Source: Candidatus Lustribacter sp.
GTDB taxonomy: Bacteria; Vulcanimicrobiota; Vulcanimicrobiia; Vulcanimicrobiales; Vulcanimicrobiaceae
Assembly: GCA_965277805.1 (NCBI GenBank)
Contig: OZ255842.1
Span: forward strand, 4,096,001 to 4,160,000
Length of the DNA: 64,000 nt
Reading direction: 5' to 3'
A program made the position numbers and the translations under genes. The stretch's first letter is position 1. Every line of letters begins with the position of its first letter. Below, in pieces: positions 29,057-38,467 of the stretch. The notes beneath the pieces were generated by a model. The model saw nothing but the letters and a program-made list of their open reading frames with translations. It was not told where the DNA came from and did no database searches.

Positions 29057-29784
29057 GCCAGCGTCCCGAACACCGCCCGTTCGACGAGATCGACGGCCGC
29101 GGCGAGACGGTGCTCTTCGAGCGGCTCACCGGCAGCGACGGCTTCGCGCCCAATCCCGTCGAGCATGGAGAAGAGGACGGTCCCGGCCGACTCGGCGTCA
29201 CGCAGCGGGACGATCCCGCGCTGCGCAAGCGCCGCCAGCCAGCCGGCGAGACGTTGCGCGTTGCTGTCGCGCCGCTCTCGCAAGCGGTTGCGGATCTCCG
29301 CATCCTGCGCGGCCAGCGCGTAGAGCGCGCGCACGAGACCGTGGTGCTGCATGCGCGCGTGCAGCAGCGCGGCCGTCCACGTGCGCAGGGCAACGCGTGC
29401 CGCGCCGGCGTCGGACGGCGGCTCATCCAACAGGCCGAGCTCGACGGCGTGCTCGTCGCGCAAGCGGGCGGTCAGCGCATGGATCGCGTCGACGCGATTG
29501 TGGAAATAGCGGTAAAAGGTGCCATGGGCGAGACCCGCTTCCACGCTCACCGCATTAGCCGTGACTTCGCCGGGATCGCTGCGGTCGAGCAAACGCTCGA
29601 GCGCATCGAGCAGCGCTTCGCGCGCGTTGGGCCGCGGCTTGGCGGCGACTTGGGCCCCGGCGGCCTCCCCGCGCCCGAGGTACGTCCAGCGATTGCGAAC
29701 TTTGCCGGTGTCCGGGTCGCGCTCGGAGCGCACGCGATAGCGGTAGGGCCGGCCGTTGACAAGCTTGGTGACCTCATACGCCAT
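29053..29784 (-). CDS. TetR family regulator with an extra N-terminal beta-rich domain
   Basis: TetR HTH (EAGLAHGTFYRYFHNR) preceded by MAYEVTKLVNGRPYRYRVRSERDPDTGKVRNRWTYLGR. Confidence 0.85.
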   Translation of the reverse strand: MAYEVTKLVNGRPYRYRVRSERDPDTGKVRNRWTYLGRGEAAGAQVAAKPRPNAREALLDALERLLDRSDPGEVTANAVSVEAGLAHGTFYRYFHNRVDAIHALTARLRDEHAVELGLLDEPPSDAGAARVALRTWTAALLHARMQHHGLVRALYALAAQDAEIRNRLRERRDSNAQRLAGWLAALAQRGIVPLRDAESAGTVLFSMLDGIGREAVAAGEPLEEHRLAAAVDLVERAVFGTLA

Positions 29785-29795
29785 GATGTGGTAAA

Positions 29796-29811
29796 ATGAC
29801 TTAAACGTCAT
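29796..29811. promoter_or_regulatory. Putative TetR operator
   Basis: ATGAC-N6-GTCAT palindrome between the divergent tetR and DHA2 genes. Confidence 0.65.
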
Positions 29812-29853
29812 GCAAGAATTACCTACAACTGGACGCCGGAACGGAGGCGCGTC

Positions 29854-31413
29854 ATCGCGTCCCTGGTAGCCGAACGGCCGGCGGCGGCCTCGACCGACGC
29901 GGGCGGCGTCCCGCTGATTTGGATCACCGTCACGACGATGCTCGGCCTGATCATGGCCATCATCGATACGTCGATCGTCAACGTGGCGCTGACCAACATG
30001 GCGGGCACGCTCGGCGCTTCGATCGACGAAGTGGGCTGGGTTGCGACGGGGTACATTCTGGCGCAGGTCATCGTCATGCCGCTCAACGGCTGGCTTACCG
30101 CGCGTTTCGGACGGCGTAACTTTTACGCGGCCTGCATCCTGATCTTCACGGTATCGTCGTTCTTGTGCGGCACCGCGACGTCGGTGTGGCAACTGGTCGC
30201 CTATCGCGTGCTGCAAGGCATCGGCGGGGGCGCGCTGCAGCCGACCGCGCAGGCGATCATGTTCGAATCGTATCCGCCCGAGAAGCGCAACGGCGCGATG
30301 GCGATCTTCGGCCTTGGCGCGATGGTCGGCCCGGCGATCGGACCGACGCTGGGCGGCTACCTCGTCGACAACTACTCGTGGCCGTTGATCTTTTGGATCA
30401 ACTTACCGATCGGCATCGCGGCGTTCTTCATGACCATGGCGTTCATCAAAGATCAGACCTACGTGAAGCGCGATACGAGCCCCGTCGACTGGATCGGGCT
30501 CGGCATGCTCGCCGCCGGCGTGGGCGCGCTGCAATACGTGCTCGAGCGCGGTCAAACCGAAGACTGGTTCAGCTCGCAGACGATCATCGTCATGACGATC
30601 ATCTCCGTCGCCTCGATCGTCGCGTTCATCATTCGCGAAATCAACGACGACACGCCGCTGGTCGACTTGAGCGTCTTCCGTTCGCGCTCGTTCACGGGCG
30701 GCAACATCATCGGCATCGTCAGCGGCTTCGGCTTGTACGGGTCGGCGCTCATGATGCCGCTCTACTTCCAAAACGTGCTCGGCTTTACGGCGATGGGTAC
30801 GGGCATCGCGCTCTTGCCCGGCGCGATCGCGACCGCGATCAGCTTGCCGATCGCGGGCCGAATCGGGAAGTGGATCGACTTCCGCATCTGCATCGCGTTC
30901 GGCTTGCTCGTGTTTGCCCTCGGCTGTTGGCTCACCGGCGACCTGAACCAGCAAGCGTCGTTCGAGCAGACGTTCTGGCCGCGGGCGATCCAGGGCTTCG
31001 CGATCGGCTTCATGTGGGTGCCCCTCACGACCGCCACGCTGGGCGATATCTCGCGGGCGAAAATGAGCAGCGCGACCGGCGTTTCGACGCTCGTACGCCA
31101 GCTCGGCGGCAGCCTCGGCATCGCGATCCTGCAGCTGATCGAGACTCGCGATCAGGATTCCGCTTACGCCTCGCTCGCGTCCGGCGTCACGATGGCGAAC
31201 CAAAATGTGGCCAACATGCTGCACGGCGTCGCCAACCAGACGGGGATGCTCGTGAACATCTGGAGCACCGTAATGCTCAACGCCGAGACAATCGCCTACA
31301 ACGAAGTTTTCCGCGTCTGCGCGATCGTGTTCCTCATCTCGATCCCCACGGTCTTGCTGTTGAAATCGCCTCACGGCTCGGGCGGCGCGCCCGAACCAAC
31401 CATGATCGAGTAA
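29854..31413 (+). CDS. DHA2 (EmrB/QacA) MFS efflux pump; likely non-ATG start
   Basis: DTSIVNVAL, RFGRR, RVLQGIGGG, GPAIGPTLGG, FWINLPIG; first ATG (29938) lies inside TM1. Confidence 0.88.
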   Translation: MASLVAERPAAASTDAGGVPLIWITVTTMLGLIMAIIDTSIVNVALTNMAGTLGASIDEVGWVATGYILAQVIVMPLNGWLTARFGRRNFYAACILIFTVSSFLCGTATSVWQLVAYRVLQGIGGGALQPTAQAIMFESYPPEKRNGAMAIFGLGAMVGPAIGPTLGGYLVDNYSWPLIFWINLPIGIAAFFMTMAFIKDQTYVKRDTSPVDWIGLGMLAAGVGALQYVLERGQTEDWFSSQTIIVMTIISVASIVAFIIREINDDTPLVDLSVFRSRSFTGGNIIGIVSGFGLYGSALMMPLYFQNVLGFTAMGTGIALLPGAIATAISLPIAGRIGKWIDFRICIAFGLLVFALGCWLTGDLNQQASFEQTFWPRAIQGFAIGFMWVPLTTATLGDISRAKMSSATGVSTLVRQLGGSLGIAILQLIETRDQDSAYASLASGVTMANQNVANMLHGVANQTGMLVNIWSTVMLNAETIAYNEVFRVCAIVFLISIPTVLLLKSPHGSGGAPEPTMIE

Positions 31414-31416
31414 GGC

Positions 31417-32298
31417 CTAAGCGGCGCTCTTCTTGCGCTTGGGCTTGGCGGCCGAGGCGGATTTCTTCGCGGCCGGTTCCTTGACGGAGGCGAGTGCTTT
31501 GCCGCGGGCTGCGCCGCCGCGCTTCGATTGCTCGAGACTGCGCTGCAGCACGTCCATCAGGTTCACGACGTTGGTTGCGGCCGGCTTCTTCGTTTCCGGC
31601 GCGGTGACTTCTTCGCCCGCAACGCGTGCCTCGATCATCGCCATCACGGCTTCGCGATATTCGTCGGTGAATTTTTCGGGCTCGAACTTTTCACTGCTCA
31701 TCGTGTCGATCAGCATCTTTGCCATCTGCAGCTCGGCCGGTGCGACCTTCTCCTTGAGTTCGGGAAAATCGAAGTCGCTCTGCTCGACCAGCTCGTCGGC
31801 GAAGTGCATCAGCTCGAGCACGAGCGCCTCGCCGTTGGGCTTGAGCGCGGCCAGGTGCTCGCGCGAGCGGATCACGACCTTTGCAATACCGACCTTGTTC
31901 GCTTCACGCAGCGATTCGCGCAGCAGCGCGTACGCGTGCCGGCCCTTCTTCTCCGGTTCGAGATAGTAGGGCGTATCGAAGTACATCGGGTTGATCTGAT
32001 CGAGGTCCACAAATTCCACGATCTCGACCGACTGCGTCGCCTCGGGCAGCACGCTTTTGAAATCGGCGTCACTCAACGTGACGTAGTGGCCCTTCTCGTA
32101 CTCATAGCCGCGCACGAGATCGGCGTACTCGACCTTCTCGTCGCACACGGTGCAGTGGCGCTCGTTGAAGATTCGCCCGTCGTCTTTCTTGTGCAGAAAG
32201 TTGAAGCGCAAGTCGCTGGTGCGCACAGCCGAGAATAGCTTCACCGGGATCGTCACCAGTCCGAAATTAATAGCTCCCGACCAAATCGCGTGTGCCAT
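31417..32298 (-). CDS. ku: NHEJ DNA end-binding protein Ku
   Basis: MAHAIWSGAINFGLVTIPVKL, PYYLEP, VNLMDVLQRSL, basic C-terminal tail. Confidence 0.95.
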   Translation of the reverse strand: MAHAIWSGAINFGLVTIPVKLFSAVRTSDLRFNFLHKKDDGRIFNERHCTVCDEKVEYADLVRGYEYEKGHYVTLSDADFKSVLPEATQSVEIVEFVDLDQINPMYFDTPYYLEPEKKGRHAYALLRESLREANKVGIAKVVIRSREHLAALKPNGEALVLELMHFADELVEQSDFDFPELKEKVAPAELQMAKMLIDTMSSEKFEPEKFTDEYREAVMAMIEARVAGEEVTAPETKKPAATNVVNLMDVLQRSLEQSKRGGAARGKALASVKEPAAKKSASAAKPKRKKSAA

Positions 32299-32330
32299 GT
32301 CTCCATCTTTCCCCCGAAGTGCCGCTCCGT

Positions 32331-33281
32331 CTAACTCCAGAGCGAGCGGGCGGCGGATATTACCGGTTCGAGGCGATGGGGCTGCCAGGCCTTGCTCCAG
32401 AGGTCGCCCTCTTTCGCCAGTAATTTGGGCACATTGGCGATGTTCCAGCGCGTCATTTCCGGGGCCGTCTCCTTGGCCCGCTTGCGGCGCATCGCCTCGA
32501 CCTCGGTCCACGGAATCGGCATCGAGACCGGGGCCCCGTCGCGGGGGCGAACGCTGAACGGCGCCACGTAGGTCTTGCCCTTGCCCACCTGGACGTAGTC
32601 GAGGTAGACCGTCCCCGCCGGACGCCGCGCAATCGTGCGGTCGAGGGTCGTAAAGTCGGCGGCCACCGTGTGGATGCGGCGCGCGACCAGCTCGGCAAAG
32701 CCCTTGGCCTGCTCCCAGTCGTAGTGCGGCTCGAGCGGCACGACCACGTGCAGGCCCGAGCCGCCGGTGGTCTTCACCAGCGCGGTGATGCCGATGGCGG
32801 CGAGTTCGTCCCGCGCCGCGAGCGCGACGCGCGCCAACGTTGCAAGCGTGCAGCCCTTGCCCGGATCGAGGTCGATCAGGATGAAGTCGGGCACGTCGAG
32901 TGTCGGTTCGCGCGAGTACCAGACGTGCAGCACCACCGCCGCGAGGTTGGCCACGTACGCGAGCGTCGCTTCGTCGTTGCACACGATGAACTCGATCAGA
33001 TCGTGACGCGTGCTCGCGTCCGTCTTCACCGTCGGCACCCAGTCGGGCAAACCGCGCGGGATGTGTTTCTCCCACCAGCCCTCTTCGTCGATGCCGTTGG
33101 GGTAACGCTCGAGCGTGAGCGGCCGGCCTTGCACGTGCGGCAAGATCCATTTCGCGACCGCGCGATAGTATGCGATCAGATCGCCCTTGGTGTAGCCGTC
33201 GCGCGGCCAGAGCACTTTATCGAGGTTCGTCACTTGCAGCGCACGGTTGCCGACCGTCAGCGCCGTCTTGGTGGAAGCCAT
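32331..33281 (-). CDS. ligD: Stand-alone LigD polymerase (primase-polymerase) domain
   Basis: TNLDKVLWP, TKGDLIAYY, RYPNG, DLDPG, KTTGGSGLHV. Confidence 0.92.
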   Translation of the reverse strand: MASTKTALTVGNRALQVTNLDKVLWPRDGYTKGDLIAYYRAVAKWILPHVQGRPLTLERYPNGIDEEGWWEKHIPRGLPDWVPTVKTDASTRHDLIEFIVCNDEATLAYVANLAAVVLHVWYSREPTLDVPDFILIDLDPGKGCTLATLARVALAARDELAAIGITALVKTTGGSGLHVVVPLEPHYDWEQAKGFAELVARRIHTVAADFTTLDRTIARRPAGTVYLDYVQVGKGKTYVAPFSVRPRDGAPVSMPIPWTEVEAMRRKRAKETAPEMTRWNIANVPKLLAKEGDLWSKAWQPHRLEPVISAARSLWS

Positions 33282-33316
33282 CAGCGGGCCAGCTCCTTTG
33301 ATCCGGTTCGCATTCT

Positions 33317-33340
33317 GTACCCAATCGCAGGCCAGGTATC
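33317..33340 (-). promoter_or_regulatory. Possible SigB-type promoter upstream of ligD-pol/ku
   Basis: GATA-N14-GGGTAC on the minus strand; weak -35. Confidence 0.4.
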
Positions 33341-33389
33341 GGTTTTAGACCCAGGGAAATCGTTCTTCTCTTGTTAGGAGAGCATTACG

Positions 33390-34358
33390 ATGAACGTTGG
33401 CCGCGTTGTCTTTTCCGTACTTGCGCTCACGCTCTTTGCCAACGCTCCGTCTTACGCTCAAAGCTCTCCCCAAGCACCGATTCGCGTTGCCGCTTCGATT
33501 ACGGGCGCCGACACCGGTCCCGTCCTCTACGCGGTGAAACAAGGGTTATTCAAGAAAGCGGGCCTCGAGGTCGAATTCAGCTCGATGACGTCGGGCGGGG
33601 CTATCGCGCAGGCCGTCGCCGGCGGCTCGATTGACATCGGCTATGCGAACACGCCGGCGATGATTACCGGGCACGCTCGCGGCATACCGTTTGTGCTGAT
33701 CGCGCCCGAAGGGCAATACGATACGGATTTCCCTGAGTCGCTCATGTTCGTCCGCAAAGACTCGAAACTCGCAAGCGGCAAAGACTTCGCCGGCAAAACG
33801 ATCGGTGTTCCGACGCTCTTGGACATGCAGCACATATCGATGATCAGCTGGATCGACGCGACCGGCGGCGATTCGACGGCGGTGAAGTTTATCGAATTGC
33901 CGCCTTCCGCTTTGCTGCCGGCGCTCCTCGACGGCCGCATCGACGCCTGTTCGTTCGCCGAACCGTGGAAGTCGCAGGCGATTGCCAGCGGCAACGCGCG
34001 AGTATTTGCGAAAGCGATGGATGCGATTGCGCCGCACATCCTCGTCACGGGCTGGTTCACAACCCGGTCGTATCTCGACGCGCACCGCGACGCCGTCATC
34101 CGGTTCGAGCACGTCATGCAAGATGCCGCGAAATATGCCAACGCGCATCGGCTCGAGATGGTCTCGTACATTGCAGACTTTACGAAAATCGACGCCGGCG
34201 CACTCGCGGAAGCAGAGGGCCACGTGAGATACCCGACCGCGCTCGACCCCGCGCTGCTGCAACCTCTGATCAACGTAAGCGCCAAGTACAAAGTCATTCC
34301 GAAGTCGTTTGATGCAAGCGAACTCATCAGCCCGACTGCCTTGAAAGCCGACCGCTAG
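33390..34358 (+). CDS. ABC substrate-binding protein (SsuA/NMT1 type)
   Basis: Signal peptide, GLFKKAGLEV, DFAGKTIGV, GRIDA, EPW. Confidence 0.85.
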   Translation: MNVGRVVFSVLALTLFANAPSYAQSSPQAPIRVAASITGADTGPVLYAVKQGLFKKAGLEVEFSSMTSGGAIAQAVAGGSIDIGYANTPAMITGHARGIPFVLIAPEGQYDTDFPESLMFVRKDSKLASGKDFAGKTIGVPTLLDMQHISMISWIDATGGDSTAVKFIELPPSALLPALLDGRIDACSFAEPWKSQAIASGNARVFAKAMDAIAPHILVTGWFTTRSYLDAHRDAVIRFEHVMQDAAKYANAHRLEMVSYIADFTKIDAGALAEAEGHVRYPTALDPALLQPLINVSAKYKVIPKSFDASELISPTALKADR

Positions 34359-34361
34359 CCG

Positions 34362-35270
34362 ATGACCACGCAGTACACGACACCCGCCGACATTCCGTTT
34401 CCCCCCAATCCCAATCCCAAGAAGCCACGGCTGATCGCTCCGCCGGGCAGTTGGGATACGCACTTCCATCTCTTTGGACCGCCGCATCGTTTCCCGTACG
34501 ACGAAGGCCGGCGCTATAGTCCGCCGGCCGCGCCGCTCGAACATTGGTTGAGCGTTTTCTCTGCCATCGGTATCGAGCGCGGCCTCATCGTTACGCCGAG
34601 CGTTCACGACCGCGATCCGGCCGTAACCCTCGATGCAATTCAGCGTGCCGACGGGCGCCTCCGCGGGATGGTTCGGGCGAATTCACGCATGACGAAGGAC
34701 GAGGCGCGGCGTCTCCATGCCGGTGGTATTCGGGGAATCCGATTTCCGTTTTCCAAGGTCACGCGTCGAAAGTTCGACGAGGCTGAACTCCACGCGAACC
34801 TTGCCATCATCGATTCTTTGCCGTGGGTCACCGAATTTCAGATCGACAGCCAGGGCCTGCTGGAACACGCCGATCTCATCGGATCGATTCAGCGTCCCAC
34901 GATCATCGACCATGGCGCCATCGCCGACATCGATCTCGAAGCCGGGCTCGACCAGCCCCTGCTCCAAACGTTCCTGGATTTACTTGCGGGCCCGAACATC
35001 TATCTAAAACTGTCCGGCCACGAACGGCGCGTCGCAGAAGGCCGCAGCTATGAATCGATCGTCGCGTTGACGCGATTCTTTATTGAAAAAGCGCCGGACC
35101 GTATGCTGTGGGGATCCGACTGGCCCCACGCCTATGTCTTCAAAGCAAACGAGATGCCCGACGACGGTGAGCTGCTCGATCACCTCTTGGACTTCGCGCC
35201 GGATGAGGCCGTCCGGAAGAAGATCCTCGTCGACAACCCGGAGCGTTTGTTCGGCGGTCCGCTCGGGTAG
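34362..35270 (+). CDS. Amidohydrolase_2 family protein (LigI/2-pyrone-4,6-dicarboxylate lactonase-like)
   Basis: DTHFHLFGP, IIDH, LKLSG, WGSDWPH, ILVDNPERLF. Confidence 0.82.
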   Translation: MTTQYTTPADIPFPPNPNPKKPRLIAPPGSWDTHFHLFGPPHRFPYDEGRRYSPPAAPLEHWLSVFSAIGIERGLIVTPSVHDRDPAVTLDAIQRADGRLRGMVRANSRMTKDEARRLHAGGIRGIRFPFSKVTRRKFDEAELHANLAIIDSLPWVTEFQIDSQGLLEHADLIGSIQRPTIIDHGAIADIDLEAGLDQPLLQTFLDLLAGPNIYLKLSGHERRVAEGRSYESIVALTRFFIEKAPDRMLWGSDWPHAYVFKANEMPDDGELLDHLLDFAPDEAVRKKILVDNPERLFGGPLG

Positions 35271-35273
35271 CCA

Positions 35274-36533
35274 TCACTCGGGAACCCGAATCACGACGAC
35301 CGCGATATCGTCGGTCGCGACGCCGTTGCTAAAGCGCAGCGCAGCGGCCTCCACCCGATGCGCGATCGCGTTCGCGCCGGCTGAGACGTCGGCCGAAGCG
35401 ATCGACGCGAGCAAGGCATCTTCACCGTAGATCGCCTGGCCGGCGCGCGCTTCGGTGATGCCGTCGGTGCAGACAGTCAGCACGTCGCCCGGTTCGAGCC
35501 GCAGCATCACCTCGTCGATCGCGAAGTCGGCAAAGACTCCGATGAGCGGTCCGCCGGCGTCGACCAGCACCGTTTCGCCGTTGGCGCGGCGGAGAATCGG
35601 CGGTGGATGCCCGGCGCAGCACATCCGCACGATCCAAGCATCTCCGTCACGCATCAGCGTGCCGTAGACGGCGGTTAGAAATTCATGCGGCGCCTGACCG
35701 CGCGCCCGCAGCGTCTCATTGAGCCAACGCAGCACTTCCGGTGTTTCGAGATCGCGCATCGACGACGAGCCGACCGTATGCCGTGCGAGCGCCGCCACCT
35801 TTGCCGCTTCGACCCCTTTGCCGCAGACGTCGCCGACGAGGAAGTTCCAGCGGTCCGTGCGCGATGCAAACAGATCGTAGAAGTCGCCGACCAGCTCAAG
35901 ACCATCGCCGGCCGGGTGAAAACGGCCGGCGATGTCGAGACCGGGCACCTGCGGTAGCGCCGGCGGAAGCAAGCTCTGCTGCAGGGTATGCACGAGCGCT
36001 TCGGCGCTTTGCCGCGCGCGACGTTCGCTTGCAACCGCCGCGCGCAACGCCACCTCACGCGACGCGGCCGCGGCCAGCGTCCGGATGACCTCGAGGTCGC
36101 GCGGCGTCCACTCGCGCGGAACGGTATCGACGATGCAGAACGAGCCGAGCACTTCGCCGCCGGGTGCGAGCAAGGGAAAACCGGCCCACGCCCGCACGCC
36201 CATTGCGGCCACGGATGGGTTGTCGCGCGTGCGCTCGTCGATGCTCGCATCCGTTACGATAAGCTCGCGCTGCGTGCGCACCACGTACTTGCAGAACGAT
36301 TCCTCGACCTGATTCTGATTCGGACCGCCGGCAGGAATGCCGTACCGGCTCTTCCAGAACGACCGCGCATCGTCGACGACCGTCGCAAACGCGAAGGGCG
36401 CGCCGACGACCAGTGCCGCCATGCGCGTGAGATCGTCGAAGTCGTCTTCCGGCACCGTGTCGAGCAGCTCCGAAGCGAAAACGGCCGCGAGCCGTTTCGG
36501 ATCGGCAACCGGGTCGGCAGCGGCGGCGGTCAT
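35274..36533 (-). CDS. GAF domain-SpoIIE/PP2C phosphatase (RsbU/RsbP-like)
   Basis: GAF domain (SFCKY, GSFCIVD); LQQSLLP, GDFYD, GDVCGKG, TDGITEA, DDIAV. Confidence 0.9.
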   Translation of the reverse strand: MTAAAADPVADPKRLAAVFASELLDTVPEDDFDDLTRMAALVVGAPFAFATVVDDARSFWKSRYGIPAGGPNQNQVEESFCKYVVRTQRELIVTDASIDERTRDNPSVAAMGVRAWAGFPLLAPGGEVLGSFCIVDTVPREWTPRDLEVIRTLAAAASREVALRAAVASERRARQSAEALVHTLQQSLLPPALPQVPGLDIAGRFHPAGDGLELVGDFYDLFASRTDRWNFLVGDVCGKGVEAAKVAALARHTVGSSSMRDLETPEVLRWLNETLRARGQAPHEFLTAVYGTLMRDGDAWIVRMCCAGHPPPILRRANGETVLVDAGGPLIGVFADFAIDEVMLRLEPGDVLTVCTDGITEARAGQAIYGEDALLASIASADVSAGANAIAHRVEAAALRFSNGVATDDIAVVVIRVPE

Positions 36534-38167
36534 GCGCGCCGCAGACTGGGCTGTGCGCGCTCGCGCGTGACGTCGGCGGCGGATTTGTCCACGCGCAGAC
36601 CAAGAAAGACCGGCTGACGCAGCAGACCGTCGTGCGTCCACTCGGCAAACGCAATCTGCGCTACGAGTTCCGGCTTGACGAAGTGCGGTTCGGGTCGCAT
36701 GCGCGGCACCGCGGCGAACGGTGACGTCTTGCGCTCGCGTTTGCGCAGCTCGGCGCCGATCTCTTTGAGCGTCTTCTGCGTGAAACCAGTGCCGGCTTGA
36801 CCGGCAAACACAAGTTTGTCGCCCTCGTAATAACCGAGCAGAATCGCACCAAAATCCTTGCGGCTGCCCTTCGGTTCCGTCCAGCCGCCGATCACGAACT
36901 CTTCTTCGTGTTTGGCCTTCATCTTCAACCAGTCGCGCGAACGCGACATGCGATAGGGCGAGTCGCGGCGCTTGCCGATGATGCCCTCGAGCCCTTCGCG
37001 CTGCGCGAGCGCGAAGAATGCCTTGCCTTCGCCGGCGATGTGTTTGGAATACATCACCGCATGGCCGGGAACGATCAGCTTTTCGAGCTTGGCTTTGCGC
37101 TCTTCGAGCGGCACGTCGCGCAGATCGCGTCCGTCGGCGTAGAGCAGATCGAACGCCACATACGTTAGCGGCGTGCGGCTGCCGTTTTTCGCTACCCGTG
37201 CGGAAACGTCGACTTGCTGCAACGCCTGAAACGAAGAACGCCCGGCGTCGTCGAGCGCGCAGACCTCGCCGTCGACGATCACGGGGAGCGAACGAAATGC
37301 CGTACCCATCGACGCGAGCTCGTGGAAACGCTTGAGCAAGTCGAGCCCGTTGCGCGAGGTGAGCGTTACCGTTCCTTCGGCGTCGATCGAGGCGATCGCG
37401 CGATAACCGTCCCACTTCACCTCGAAGAGCCAGTCCGGGTCGTCGAAGGGCTCATCGACCAGCGTCGCGAGCATCGGCTTGGGATCGCGCGGCAGCGGAT
37501 CGGCTTTGGCGCGCTTGACCGGCGCGCGCTTTTTCGCCGGCGCTGCGGCGCGATTGCTCTTCCACTGCTTCGCGGTTTTGCTGCCCGCGATGTCATCGAG
37601 CGTCTTGCCGGTCTTTGCGCTTTCGGGATGCGCGTTCACGTCGTAATCCGGATCTACGTATTCGTCTTTATCCTTGATCAAGAGCCACGGATCGCCGCTC
37701 TCGCCGCCTTTGCTCTTGATCTTCACCAGCGTGAACATGCCGTGCAGCTTCTTGCCGCTCAGGATGAACTTGATTTTGCCCTTGGCGATCTCGGCGGCGG
37801 GATCGGTGCCTTCGGCCAGCGTGTAGGTGCCCTCGTCCCACACGATCACCTCGCCCGCGCCGTAATTGCCGGCCGGGATGATGCCTTCGAAGGTGCGGTA
37901 GTCGTAGGGATGGTCCTCGACGTGCATCGCGAGGCGCCGCTCGCGCGTATCGAGCGTCGGACCCTTGGGGATCGCCCACGACGCCAGCACGCCGCCGGCT
38001 TCCAGCCGGAAATCGTAGTGCAGCCGCGATGCGTGATGCTTCTGCACGACAAAGCGCAACGCCGTGGAGGCGCTGCGCTTCGATCCCTTGGGTTCCGGCG
38101 TCGCCGCGAAATCGCGCTTGCGCACGTATTCCGCCAGCGGCTCCGCCGCTTTCGCCTTGCGCGCCAT
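36530..38167 (-). CDS. ligD: LigD 3'-phosphoesterase plus ATP-dependent ligase (no Pol domain)
   Basis: FVVQKHHASRLHYDFRLE, VEDHP, EVKWDGYR, EGIIGKR, WLKMK. Confidence 0.93.
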   Translation of the reverse strand: MARKAKAAEPLAEYVRKRDFAATPEPKGSKRSASTALRFVVQKHHASRLHYDFRLEAGGVLASWAIPKGPTLDTRERRLAMHVEDHPYDYRTFEGIIPAGNYGAGEVIVWDEGTYTLAEGTDPAAEIAKGKIKFILSGKKLHGMFTLVKIKSKGGESGDPWLLIKDKDEYVDPDYDVNAHPESAKTGKTLDDIAGSKTAKQWKSNRAAAPAKKRAPVKRAKADPLPRDPKPMLATLVDEPFDDPDWLFEVKWDGYRAIASIDAEGTVTLTSRNGLDLLKRFHELASMGTAFRSLPVIVDGEVCALDDAGRSSFQALQQVDVSARVAKNGSRTPLTYVAFDLLYADGRDLRDVPLEERKAKLEKLIVPGHAVMYSKHIAGEGKAFFALAQREGLEGIIGKRRDSPYRMSRSRDWLKMKAKHEEEFVIGGWTEPKGSRKDFGAILLGYYEGDKLVFAGQAGTGFTQKTLKEIGAELRKRERKTSPFAAVPRMRPEPHFVKPELVAQIAFAEWTHDGLLRQPVFLGLRVDKSAADVTRERAQPSLRRA

Positions 38168-38179
38168 TATGCGCTCGGC

Positions 38180-38203
38180 GTACCGCGAAGCGGCCGGTTA
38201 AAC
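38180..38203 (-). promoter_or_regulatory. SigB-type promoter upstream of ligD
   Basis: GTTT-N14-CGGTAC on the minus strand. Confidence 0.5.
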
Positions 38204-38446
38204 CTTGTCGTCCGCGTCGGCCGCTCCGTGGCGGACGTCGCGCTTGGCGGCGTCGACTTCCGCGGCGGTCTTGTGGCCGACTTCTTTCACGTTCGAGACG
38301 ATCCGTTCGCCCAACGGCATGCTATCGCCGGACAGGTCGCGTTTGAGGTGTTCGCCCGCCGCTTGCGCGCGGTGCTTGATCTCATCGACGGTGTCCTTGG
38401 TATCGTGTTTGACGGTATTGAGTTTATCTTCGCTATCGTTGGCCAT
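38198..38446 (-). CDS. Small hydrophilic stress-type protein (CsbD/LEA-like)
   Basis: 82 aa, highly charged, GGGAG SD; family assignment tentative. Confidence 0.65.
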   Translation of the reverse strand: MANDSEDKLNTVKHDTKDTVDEIKHRAQAAGEHLKRDLSGDSMPLGERIVSNVKEVGHKTAAEVDAAKRDVRHGAADADDKV

Positions 38447-38467
38447 GATGGTCTCCCGGCGCTAGAG

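Noticed and set aside
31417..33150. 577-aa ORF suggesting an N-terminally extended Ku
   Set aside because: The extension is an off-frame read of the LigD-Pol gene; Ku starts at 32298 behind a purine-rich SD-like stretch
35274..37415. 713-aa extended phosphatase ORF
   Set aside because: The Arg-rich extension overlaps ligD in another frame; the real start is 36533
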